Assembly: GCA_021737275.1 (NCBI GenBank)
Contig: JAIPEE010000002.1
Span: 115,525 to 179,524 of the forward strand
Direction of reading: 5' to 3'
Length of the DNA stretch: 64,000 nt
Source: Desulfobacterales bacterium
GTDB taxonomy: Bacteria > Desulfobacterota > Desulfobacteria > Desulfobacterales > JAIPEE01
The notes beneath the pieces were generated by a model that searched no databases, was not told the origin of the DNA, and worked only from the letters and a program-made list of their open reading frames with translations. Within the stretch, counting starts at the first letter, position 1. Each line of letters starts with the position of its first letter. The translations under genes and the position numbers were made by a program. Shown here piece by piece: positions 29,027 through 40,677 of this stretch.

Positions 29027-29761
29027 ATGAAACAAGCAAAAGACTACATAATTTTCCCCCTGGATGTGCCATCTGTGAAAGAGGCACAACACTATATTGA
29101 ATTACTTTCCGCTCATATCGGTATGTTCAAGGTAGGGTTGGAGCTTTTTATCCGTTCCGGCCACGAAATTATAAAGATGATAAAAGATTCAGGTGATGTA
29201 GGCATTTTCCTTGATCTGAAACTTCATGATATTCCGGTAACTGTAAAAAAAGGTATGGAGCGTATCGCTGACCTTGATGTTACTTTTGCTACAGTTCATT
29301 GTGGTGAAACGCCCAGAATGCTGGCGCATGCTGTTGAGGGCAGCCAGGGGAAAGTGGGTGTTCTCGGTGTAACTGTTTTGACAAGTGTATCGGAACGAGA
29401 TATTAACAATGCCGGATTTCTTCCTGAATATTCCGAAGATATTTCAAAACTAGTAGTAAAAAGAGCTGCCATGGCAAAGGGTGCCGGTTGCACGGGGGTT
29501 ATTTGTTCGGGAAAAGAAGTAAAAATGATAAAAGAAAATTTAGGTAAGAATTTTAAAGCCATTACACCAGGTATAAGGCCGGCTTGGAACACCACAGATG
29601 ATGATCAGCGCAGAATTACGACACCGGCAATGGCGGTTAAGGATGGTTCAGACTTTCTTGTGATTGGTCGGCCTATAAGGAATGCCGATGACCCTGTTGG
29701 TGCAGCTAAAAAGATTGCAGATGAAGTTGAGGCAGTAATGCGGTCAGTTGATTGTGTATAA
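29027..29761 (+). CDS. pyrF: Orotidine-5'-phosphate decarboxylase
   Basis: FKVGLELF, FLDLKLHDIP, VTVLTS, TPGIRP, VIGRPI. Confidence 0.97.
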   Translation: MKQAKDYIIFPLDVPSVKEAQHYIELLSAHIGMFKVGLELFIRSGHEIIKMIKDSGDVGIFLDLKLHDIPVTVKKGMERIADLDVTFATVHCGETPRMLAHAVEGSQGKVGVLGVTVLTSVSERDINNAGFLPEYSEDISKLVVKRAAMAKGAGCTGVICSGKEVKMIKENLGKNFKAITPGIRPAWNTTDDDQRRITTPAMAVKDGSDFLVIGRPIRNADDPVGAAKKIADEVEAVMRSVDCV

Positions 29762-30026
29762 TGTCTTCTTTTAACATTAAGTCCACAGTCTGTTCTGGAA
29801 AGTGGGTTCTATTACATATTCTTTGAACAAAGCAGATTTTTAGAAACACCCCGTAATTTCCCATTCAAAAATATAGAGGGCGACCGGACGTCCAGGTTCA
29901 TATCTGAAGTGGTGTATTTTTGTGTTGTTCCGATCCAGCGGCGGCAGTAAACCGTCCGCTGGACCGGATGATATCTGACTGTCTTTGGCCGCTCTGTCAG
30001 AGATCTTCGAAGATGTTGTGCTATGA

Positions 30027-32279
<2,253 letters not shown>

Positions 32280-32298
32280 ATTAAAAGCAAAAAAAATG

Positions 32299-32742
32299 TT
32301 ACACTTTTCCTGCCTGACAATCGCTGCATATGCCAAAAAAGTCTAAACGATGATTTAAAATTTTAAATTCGGTCTCAACTTCAACCTCTTTTTTCATTTC
32401 ATCCAGGCTATCAAGATCCGGGTCAACGATTTTTTTACACTTGATACAGACGACATGCGGATGGGGATAAGGCTTGTTTCCATCATATCGGTTGCTCCCA
32501 TCCGGGAATCCTAATTCAAGAACTTCTCCTAAGGATTTAATTAATACAATATTTCTGTAGACAGTTGCAAGACTCATTGTCGGAAAGTCTGTTTTTATCT
32601 GAGCATGGATATTTTCAACACTGGGATGACCTTCACTATCGACAAGAATTTTGACAATAGCTATTCGTTGAGGCGTTATCTTGTGGCCATTATCTTTTAA
32701 TTTTTGGATGATGGTTTCAAATCTTTTTTTATGAGTTATCAA
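32299..32742 (-). CDS. perR: PerR-type Fur-family transcriptional repressor
   Basis: TPQR, HPS, SLATVYRN, RYD, HPH, VD (Asp at the PerR D104 position), CxxC twice; TTG start; adjacent to katG. Confidence 0.82.
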   Translation of the reverse strand: MITHKKRFETIIQKLKDNGHKITPQRIAIVKILVDSEGHPSVENIHAQIKTDFPTMSLATVYRNIVLIKSLGEVLELGFPDGSNRYDGNKPYPHPHVVCIKCKKIVDPDLDSLDEMKKEVEVETEFKILNHRLDFFGICSDCQAGKV

Positions 32743-32764
32743 TTGAATCCTTTTTTATTCTAAA

Positions 32765-32779
32765 TGATAATAGTTATCA
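32765..32779. promoter_or_regulatory. Fur-family 7-1-7 box upstream of perR
   Basis: TGATAAT-A-GTTATCA, one mismatch from the perfect palindrome. Confidence 0.75.
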
Positions 32780-33193
32780 ATTAGCATTGGTTTTAATTAA
32801 AGTCAACTCCAATTTAAATTTGTTAAAAAATTGTCACCGCTTTCCAAAATAATTTAAAAGTGAATAGTCGCTGTTAATAATATCAGCTTTTTGTGTTTGG
32901 TAAAACTGCTTTCACAAAACCGTGTTGCCTCTAACTTTTTCACGGCATGCTGCCCAAAATCATGAAATGGAAGTAAATATATCTCAAGATTAATTTACAG
33001 ATTATATGATTTATATTGAAAATTTTATTATTTTTATGTAATTTTTAAAGATTCTTTTGCAAAATTAAAATTACTTCAAGCAACAAACACTTATCAGGCT
33101 CAGTTGTGTTTCAAAGTAATATGTTTAATTGTTAATAATCTAATTTTATTTCCGTGAAATAAAGTTTAACTAAATTAACGAGCAGGAGGAAAA

Positions 33194-35173
33194 ATGAAAA
33201 ACATTTCTAAATTTACTATCCTTTATATTTTCTTTATAGTTTTTTATACAACTGCATCGGCTATGGCCGCTTCATTTTCAGCAGATATGGTAACTGTAAT
33301 AGACGGAAAAACTAAAACAGACAAGCTTTATCTTTCGGGCAACCGCTACAGAATTGAAACGCTGAAAGAAGGAGAGCTCATCGCCATTATTGCAGACAGA
33401 GATAAAAATATATACCGGGTTTTAAATATTGAAGAAAAGCGGTTTTTTGAAATTGATCCGGATGATTACTGGGTGTTGTCGGAAGATCCCATCCAATTTT
33501 CCGAATATTTGGTTTCTGAATACGGGTTTAAGGAGGAAGGCACGGAAAAGATAAACGGCATCGATTGTAAAAAACAGGTTGTGAAGTCCCAGAATTTTGC
33601 CAGATGGTTTTCCAGTGACTTAAAAATTCCATTAAAAATGGTTACATATGAAGAGGGTAAGGAGCGGGCTGTCACGGAGTTGAAAGCCGTTAAAAAAACC
33701 AATCTTTCTGCGGACCTGTTTGAAGCGCCGAAAGATTTTAAGCTGATGGAAGATCCCAAAGAGGTGTTATACCAAAAACAAAAACGGGAACGTGAAGAGC
33801 GGAGAAAAGCGGAAGAGGCTCTGCCGGGTCTGACGGAAAGCAAAAGCGCTCAGGCCCCCTGCTATGTGAAAATTGCTGCCGGCGGTGAATTGCGCGTCAA
33901 AGTTGATAGTGACCGGAGGGCCTTTCTAGAAATTTACAACGAGACAAATGAGGAATCTGAATTTACTGTATTACATTATTTTAACGGAAAACCGTTGGAA
34001 AGCTCTTATCCCAAGACGGGAAAGCTTGAAAAAAAAGGAACCTGCTCCCGATATGATTATAATGATGATTTTGCACAAAAGGCCAGATCCTTTTTAGTTG
34101 ATGAGCTGAGAATTCAATTGGGAAAAGGGTTGGTTTATGCCCGGATAAACCAGTCCGGGGAAAATCGCAAAGATTTTTATGATTACGGGAGTTCGCAAAG
34201 ATATGTATATACGGATCCCAAAAGACCCTTAACCGTACAAATTACCGGTGACAACCCCTTTGGTGATCAAACTAAGGGTATTTTTTACCTGCAATGCGAG
34301 TCTGAAAACAATTCAGCATCCATTCCTTTCACCGTAGAAAACGGTAAGATGCTTACATGGGATTATCCTGCCGATAAGGGAGTCAATACTGTAGCCGTGA
34401 TCATCTCGGAGGGTGATGGCCGGGCCAAGATCAGCCTGATTCAACAGCCGGATCCAAAAAAAGAGACTCCTGAATCGTCGGAGGCTAAAACAGCGTTGCA
34501 GACTGAATACATCCCTAAACCCAAAGTAATAACTGAGTTTGTCGTCACCCATCCTTATGGAACGGGAAAGCCATTGACGCCCGGAAAAAACTTGGGCATC
34601 ACTGTCACAGGTCTTACCGATGATGCCGGCGGTACTATCATTCTGTACACTGATCGCAAAAAAACGAAACAGGTAGATGAGTTTAAATTCAAATTGAAAA
34701 CGAACCAGGTTGAAACATTTGCCGTTGCCGGCGAAAAAAATGCAGGATGGTCGTCAGTATGGGTTCATGAAGGATCATTTAAAGTAAAGCTGGATCAATC
34801 CCCTCTTGCCAAAACTGCTCCTATCCTCGAAAAAAAAGAAGAAACCGCTTCAGTGTCTGCTGAAGATAAAAAAACCGAATCGAGCACCATGATTCTTAAT
34901 GGTGAGGTTCCGCTTTACAATGGTGCCCGGATTATCAAGGAAAAGTCCTTTGGTGCCAACAGCAAGGTTGATTTGGAAATACAGGCCGACCCTGAAGAAA
35001 TCATCAAATTTTATACGCAGGCAATGACGGCCAAGGGATGGCAGCCTGGCATGTCCATGGTACAGGGACCCATGGGGGTACTTCAACTGAAAAAAGGTGA
35101 GAGCCAGATCATGCTGAAAGCAATGTGGAACGGACAAAAGTCCATGGTCAACATTGCTGTCACAACTCAGTGA
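33194..35173 (+). CDS. Secreted multidomain protein: DUF4412-like N-terminus, three imperfect ~85-aa repeats, C-terminal alpha/beta domain
   Basis: Signal peptide ending in ASAMAA; 'FSADM...GTEKINGIDCKK...W...PLKM...LFEAPKDF' pattern; AGGAGG RBS. Confidence 0.75.
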   Translation: MKNISKFTILYIFFIVFYTTASAMAASFSADMVTVIDGKTKTDKLYLSGNRYRIETLKEGELIAIIADRDKNIYRVLNIEEKRFFEIDPDDYWVLSEDPIQFSEYLVSEYGFKEEGTEKINGIDCKKQVVKSQNFARWFSSDLKIPLKMVTYEEGKERAVTELKAVKKTNLSADLFEAPKDFKLMEDPKEVLYQKQKREREERRKAEEALPGLTESKSAQAPCYVKIAAGGELRVKVDSDRRAFLEIYNETNEESEFTVLHYFNGKPLESSYPKTGKLEKKGTCSRYDYNDDFAQKARSFLVDELRIQLGKGLVYARINQSGENRKDFYDYGSSQRYVYTDPKRPLTVQITGDNPFGDQTKGIFYLQCESENNSASIPFTVENGKMLTWDYPADKGVNTVAVIISEGDGRAKISLIQQPDPKKETPESSEAKTALQTEYIPKPKVITEFVVTHPYGTGKPLTPGKNLGITVTGLTDDAGGTIILYTDRKKTKQVDEFKFKLKTNQVETFAVAGEKNAGWSSVWVHEGSFKVKLDQSPLAKTAPILEKKEETASVSAEDKKTESSTMILNGEVPLYNGARIIKEKSFGANSKVDLEIQADPEEIIKFYTQAMTAKGWQPGMSMVQGPMGVLQLKKGESQIMLKAMWNGQKSMVNIAVTTQ

Positions 35174-35342
35174 AATGATATAGCGAGGGGGCCTTGAGCC
35201 TGGCCCAACTAAAGCTTTTCCGATAAAATATCAAAAGCAGTCAAAAAACAGGAAAGAATATAGTTAACCACATTTAAAATTTTATGAAAAACGTTTTGGG
35301 TAAAAACAACCTGATATTAAGATTCAAATTTGGAGGTAATTT

Positions 35343-36656
35343 ATGAAGACTTGCATCAGTAAGATATGGATTCATACGCTTTGGATGGTTCTTGGTATCC
35401 AATTTTTGTTTGCAGGCGTTGCTCTGGCCAAGGAGGTAAAGGAGCATCCCATGATTCGCCCTTTTCCCGGTTCAGTTCTGGCAGAAAACATGTCCAAATA
35501 TCAGAAATTTAATGTTTATGAATTTTATTATATGAATAAGCAGACTAACAAAAGAGAAAAAAAGAAGGTGAGTGGTGAGTATTATTACCTGCTGTATGAG
35601 GTGCGGACTTCTTCCGGAAGCAGGGTCCAGGATATGGCCAATGTTGAATTTTTCGAAAATTACAAAGCAGCTGCAATTGAAAAAGGAGGGGAAACCGTTT
35701 TCGAAGACAGGGACCAGCTTGTGTTTACGATTCCCAGGGATGACGGCGGCAGATCATGGTGCAGAGTAACCCTTAATGCAGGAATGGGGCAACAGTATCT
35801 TGTGATTATTGATGAAAAAGGGCTTGAAACATCAATGACGTTCGGACCAAAAGAACTGAAAGAAGCCCTTGATAAGGATGGAAAAGTGCTGTTATACGGC
35901 ATCTTGTTTGATCTGGATGAGGCCACGCTCAAGATTGAATCCGTTAAGCAGCTCCAGCATATGGTTTCCCTGATGATCACATACCCTGAATTAAATATTG
36001 AAATACAAGGTCATACCGACAACCAGGGCGCTGATACTTATAATATGGAGCTTTCCCAAAAAAGGGCGCAAACTGTATGTGCTTATCTCGAATTGTTTGG
36101 TATTTTACCGGATCGGCTTTTAGCTGTTGGGTATGGGGAGACTCGGCCTGTGGCCGGTAATGATACCGAGGAGGGCCGGGCAAAAAATCGACGAGTTGAG
36201 CTGGTTAAAATGACAGCCGGACAAAAACAGGCCGCCATGGTAAACGCCGAGGAGAAAAACAAGGCGTCAACACTGCAAAGCACACCAGTATCATCCGCAA
36301 TATCCGGCAACCTTGAAGGCAAATGGAATATGACACCGAATAAACGAGTCAAAAGCGGGACTATTACCTTTTATTCCAATGGAACCTACCTGATGGAAGA
36401 ACGCCTGCAGGACGGCGATGGCGTTTCCCGGAAAGGAGAATTTAAAGTTAATAATCAGACATCTCCTAACCGGATAGATATCTGCCTCGGGAAATGTGGT
36501 GCTTCCGGAGCGGAATACACCACCGGTTTCAGCATTTTCAGATTCTTTGAAGGTGGAAAACTTGAAATTTGTTCTTCACCGGACGGTAAGTACCCGGTGC
36601 GGTTTAATGACGGCATTGTGGATGAGTACACCATGATTTTGACCCGTATAGAATAG
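35343..36656 (+). CDS. Secreted OmpA-like peptidoglycan-binding protein with extra N- and C-terminal domains
   Basis: Signal peptide ending in VALA; YGILFDLDEATL, GHTDNQG, NMELSQKRA, GRAKNRRVEL; C-terminal 'LEGKW...G.F.V.....P.RIDI' beta domain. Confidence 0.85.
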   Translation: MKTCISKIWIHTLWMVLGIQFLFAGVALAKEVKEHPMIRPFPGSVLAENMSKYQKFNVYEFYYMNKQTNKREKKKVSGEYYYLLYEVRTSSGSRVQDMANVEFFENYKAAAIEKGGETVFEDRDQLVFTIPRDDGGRSWCRVTLNAGMGQQYLVIIDEKGLETSMTFGPKELKEALDKDGKVLLYGILFDLDEATLKIESVKQLQHMVSLMITYPELNIEIQGHTDNQGADTYNMELSQKRAQTVCAYLELFGILPDRLLAVGYGETRPVAGNDTEEGRAKNRRVELVKMTAGQKQAAMVNAEEKNKASTLQSTPVSSAISGNLEGKWNMTPNKRVKSGTITFYSNGTYLMEERLQDGDGVSRKGEFKVNNQTSPNRIDICLGKCGASGAEYTTGFSIFRFFEGGKLEICSSPDGKYPVRFNDGIVDEYTMILTRIE

Positions 36657-36675
36657 GTCTTTCAGTGGGGACAAC

Positions 36676-38385
36676 ATGAAACATACGGCTTTATATCTGT
36701 TTCTTATTATTTTATTAAGTTCAGTGAGTTCATTAGCCAATGACTGTCAGGACTGCAGGCGAACCGCCATTATGGGGCAATGTGAAAACAAGGCCTTGCC
36801 CGAAGATTTTTGGGAAAATCAACACCGGTATGATGAATGCCTGCGAGAAGAGCTGGATCTTACGAAAAGTGAAAATTATTTAGCAGATCTCCAAAATCCG
36901 GATAAAAAATGGGAGCAGGCCCAGAAAAATTGTGAGCATCTTCTGGTTGACTATGGTAGAAAATTCGACTTTTCTGATGGTGAAGCCATGGCCTCCAGCC
37001 TGGAAACCGGAATTGCTTCTGTCTTGACTTGTAATCGTTTTCACATAGGATATCAAAAGGCTGCCTATTTTTTCGAAGCAACTTATGATTGTGCCCGCAA
37101 CCCGGTCTATAATGACTATAATGAAGAACGATATCCGTCCAGCCTCAATATAAGAATGTACTATGACGGTGAGAAAAAGGAATTGGTCAAAGAGTGGACG
37201 GTTAATTCTCCGACATATTCCTGGAACAGCCTTACCAACCGGATGTTTGAACAACAGGGAGATGTGCTGGGATACAATCCCGCACTTATGCGCCAAGATG
37301 TTCCCATCACAAATATTCTGGATGCTTTTGAAAAAGTGCCGATAACCTGCACCATTAAGCCTGACAAAGATCCCGTTTCCTATAACAGTGAAATGACCAT
37401 TGAGATCAGCGGCTTCAAAGATAAAGAGGGGCGGCAGTCAAGGGAATTCAATCGGGTACTGGTAGTGGTGGAATCGGGCAGCATTACCAATGGTGCCCGT
37501 CCGGAAAGTATGAATATGGATTCAGCAGCCGTGTTTCAGGTTGGAAACGGCCGGATTAAAGTGGACTATAAAGCACCGGACACAAGTATCCATGAATATG
37601 AACAGATCAAAGTGTATCATTGCCATAATATTTTAAAAAAATCAGCATTACCCTTGGCGCAAACCAACATCTCACCGAAAGTTATTGCGCAAAAAAAGGT
37701 GATGTTTAAACTGCCCGGCGTGACAGCGATTCTGTCTGTTGAGATGAAATCTTCCCGCAATGAAGATAACGTGATCAGTGACCGGAATGAAGTTCATAAA
37801 CACTGGAATGAGGAACAGGCTGCCACCATTTTGTTTCAACTTGAAAAAGAGCCCCGCCTGTCAAAGGATGTTGATCCAACAACAGGAAAACTTGTCGTAA
37901 AACGATATCGATACGGTATCAAGCATCTGTCTTTGATCAATATGACTCATACCGGTTCCGGGACTACAGACACAGACATATCCGGTGTTCATGTTTTGAC
38001 CGACAGCAGTTTGACAGCCGGGCAGGCAACGGTGTCGCTTGAACAACCGGGCAGCATGCTCAAAATGGATGTTGACCAGACTACAGGTAAGATTTCTAAC
38101 GTCTTTTTCCCCAATGTGGTATTGCAGTATCAGACAACGCTTCAAATCCAAGGAACAAAAAAAACCAAGGAATATACCTATCCGATTAACCGTTCTTCAG
38201 ACACAGAGGTGAATTGGCATATCGCCCAGGATTTTGGCGATGATGGATCAGGCATTTGCTACCAGGTTCTTGAGAGTGATGGATTAACCGGATTTGTCGG
38301 GGGATCTGAAAAAATTGAAAGCGGGCGTTATAAAAAAGCGCAGTTTTCAAGTTCCTGGTCCATCAGTATACATCCGGATGAATAA
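36676..38385 (+). CDS. Hypothetical secreted Cys-containing protein
   Basis: 569-aa ORF with a signal peptide, DCQDC and other N-terminal Cys residues, and a beta-rich remainder; GTGGGG RBS. Confidence 0.7.
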   Translation: MKHTALYLFLIILLSSVSSLANDCQDCRRTAIMGQCENKALPEDFWENQHRYDECLREELDLTKSENYLADLQNPDKKWEQAQKNCEHLLVDYGRKFDFSDGEAMASSLETGIASVLTCNRFHIGYQKAAYFFEATYDCARNPVYNDYNEERYPSSLNIRMYYDGEKKELVKEWTVNSPTYSWNSLTNRMFEQQGDVLGYNPALMRQDVPITNILDAFEKVPITCTIKPDKDPVSYNSEMTIEISGFKDKEGRQSREFNRVLVVVESGSITNGARPESMNMDSAAVFQVGNGRIKVDYKAPDTSIHEYEQIKVYHCHNILKKSALPLAQTNISPKVIAQKKVMFKLPGVTAILSVEMKSSRNEDNVISDRNEVHKHWNEEQAATILFQLEKEPRLSKDVDPTTGKLVVKRYRYGIKHLSLINMTHTGSGTTDTDISGVHVLTDSSLTAGQATVSLEQPGSMLKMDVDQTTGKISNVFFPNVVLQYQTTLQIQGTKKTKEYTYPINRSSDTEVNWHIAQDFGDDGSGICYQVLESDGLTGFVGGSEKIESGRYKKAQFSSSWSISIHPDE

Positions 38386-38570
38386 TAAAAATGATGTTTA
38401 TTGTAGCCGGAACATGATAAAATAAATCCTGGAACAGTTGTCATGGCCGGTGTGTATTGGTATATGATCATGTTGGTCTGTCCGGCGCTTTTTTCACGCC
38501 TGAATGCGTTACTTTTTCATACAAGATGTTCCGAACATTTTTCTTTCTTATAATTTAAAGGAGCTCCCAG

Positions 38571-40334
38571 ATGTTTCTCATACGCCGAATATTTGATGAT
38601 GTTATACCTGCAAATCAACATGCCCTGGAACAGGTCAGGGGACTGCTGCGGTCTCAATTTGAGGCGCTCGACCATCAGAAAATTGACCGAATTCCCGAAT
38701 CACTTCGAGATCCTTTGAAATACGGGTTTCGCTCGATCGTATATGTAGCTGAAGGCCAGCGGTCAATCGTACGCGGGACAGCATTGCTTGATTATGAGGC
38801 AGAGCTGAATTTTTGTTATCTTGATTATCTGGTTAGTGACAAAAGATTGGCAGGGCGTGGCGTGGGCGGGGCGCTCTATGGCCGGGTCAGAAGTGAGGCC
38901 CTGGCGCTTGGTGTTGTCGGCATATTTTTCGAATGTTTGCCGGATGATCCGAAGCTTTGCCGGGATCCGGATATTCTGAAAAATAATCGTGCGCGATTGA
39001 GATTTTATGGCACTTATGGTGCGCGCCCTATAATCAATACGGCGTATGAAACACCTGTTTCCGAGGGATCGGACAACCCGCCTTACCTTGTATTTGATGA
39101 CCTGGGGCAAGGCAGTGTTCTGCAAAAAGATTATCTGAGAAAGGTGATTGCCTATATTCTCGAGCGCAAATATAAGGATGTTTGCGGGCCGGGTTATGTT
39201 AAAACAGTTTTGGATTCCATTTGCGAAGATCCGGTCAGGTTAAGACCGCAAAGCAAAACGGCTGCTCAGGAGGCCGAAAAAATGAATGAATCCATTGCCG
39301 CCCGATTCTCGAAAATAGCACTTGTTGTTACGGACCAGCACGAGATTCATCATGTAAAAGACCGGGGATACGTAGAGTCGCCGGTACGCATCAAGTCGAT
39401 ACTTAAGGCCCTGGCACCAAATGGTACCTTTGAATCCATTCCGCCGAAAACGTTCGGTGACTCGTGGATTACCTCCGTACATGACCCCGAGTATGTGAAA
39501 TACTTTAAAAAGGTTTGCAAGAACGCAAAACCGGAAACACCCCTTTATCCATATGTGTTTCCCATCAGAAACAGAGCGCGGCCGCCTGTTGAGTTACCGG
39601 TGCGTGCGGGATATTACTGTATCGATACATTTACTCCTATAAGCGGCCATGCATTTACTGCGGCCCGTCGGGCTGTTGAATGTGCGTTGACCGCTTCTCA
39701 TGAAATTCTTTCAGGGAGAAGAATAGCTTATGCACTGGTGCGTCCTCCCGGCCATCATGCCGAGCGGAGTTTTTTTGGTGGTTTCTGTTATTTCAACAAT
39801 GCTGCCATTGCTGCTCAGCATCTCAGCCAATTCGGAAAAGTGGCTATGCTGGATATAGATTATCATCACGGTAATGGGCAGCAGAACATTTTTTACCGGC
39901 GGAAAGATGTTCTGACTATTTCAATTCACGGCCATCCCCGCTTTGCCTATCCTTACTTTTCCGGATTTTCAGACGAACGGGGTGCCGGAGAAGGAACGGG
40001 TTATAATGTGAATTATCCCTTGCCGGAGTTAATTGAACCTTCAGATTACCTTAATGCGTTGAAAAACGCCTTGAAACGGATCAGGGATTTTAGTGCCGCT
40101 TATCTTGTTGTGTGTCTAGGGTTGGACACGGCAAAAGGCGATCCGACCGGCACATGGAATCACTATAGTCAAGATTTTATGACAATTGGCAAGGAAATCG
40201 GCGGACTACGCATTCCGTGTCTTGTGGTGCAGGAGGGGGGGTACAAAAACCGATCGATAGGAACCAACGCAAAAAGTTTTTTCAGTGGGTTACTATCCGG
40301 AATGGAGCAGCAGGTGAGCCGGGATCGGCACTGA
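38571..40334 (+). CDS. GNAT acetyltransferase fused to a Zn-dependent deacetylase (HDAC/acetylpolyamine amidohydrolase family)
   Basis: GNAT motif A RLAGRGVGGALY; RPPGHHA, GGFCYFNN, LDIDYHHGNG, LGLDTAKGDP, QEGGY. Confidence 0.9.
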   Translation: MFLIRRIFDDVIPANQHALEQVRGLLRSQFEALDHQKIDRIPESLRDPLKYGFRSIVYVAEGQRSIVRGTALLDYEAELNFCYLDYLVSDKRLAGRGVGGALYGRVRSEALALGVVGIFFECLPDDPKLCRDPDILKNNRARLRFYGTYGARPIINTAYETPVSEGSDNPPYLVFDDLGQGSVLQKDYLRKVIAYILERKYKDVCGPGYVKTVLDSICEDPVRLRPQSKTAAQEAEKMNESIAARFSKIALVVTDQHEIHHVKDRGYVESPVRIKSILKALAPNGTFESIPPKTFGDSWITSVHDPEYVKYFKKVCKNAKPETPLYPYVFPIRNRARPPVELPVRAGYYCIDTFTPISGHAFTAARRAVECALTASHEILSGRRIAYALVRPPGHHAERSFFGGFCYFNNAAIAAQHLSQFGKVAMLDIDYHHGNGQQNIFYRRKDVLTISIHGHPRFAYPYFSGFSDERGAGEGTGYNVNYPLPELIEPSDYLNALKNALKRIRDFSAAYLVVCLGLDTAKGDPTGTWNHYSQDFMTIGKEIGGLRIPCLVVQEGGYKNRSIGTNAKSFFSGLLSGMEQQVSRDRH

Positions 40335-40540
40335 AAATAATCCAAATGCCTGGACCGGACACAATGTGCGGAACATTTCATTTTCTGCCGGGCTGGATGA
40401 GTAAAAATGGAGAAAGGAAGAGACCCGGCCTGAAAGCGGAAATCAGCTTCATGGGCTCAGAGGGGCGGGTGCCGGCAAAGGGTATCAGCGGTGAGCAATA
40501 TTACTATGCCCATCCGGTAGATCCGGAAGCTGTTAATTGA

Positions 40541-40572
40541 AAAGGGAAACCATCGTCAGATGACTTCCCTTT
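40541..40572 (+). terminator. Terminator-like hairpin
   Basis: aaagggaa-ac-catc-gtca-gatg-ac-ttcccttt. Confidence 0.6.
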
Positions 40573-40677
40573 ATATATGAATTTATCTGTTAAACTAAAG
40601 TATCCTGAAAACAATCACCCCCAGCAGAATCAGACCAATTACTAATATAAAGATTAACTGGTCAGGGCTGAACTGTT

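Noticed and set aside
32780-33193. Hidden small gene or ncRNA in the AT-rich gap
   Set aside because: Only weak dyads (e.g. aaacac...gtgttt) and no ORF with an RBS; best read as promoter DNA
38386-38570. Imperfect long hairpin (gccggaacatgat / atcatgt...tccggc)
   Set aside because: Interrupted pairing; no match to an RNA family or IS end that I recognise
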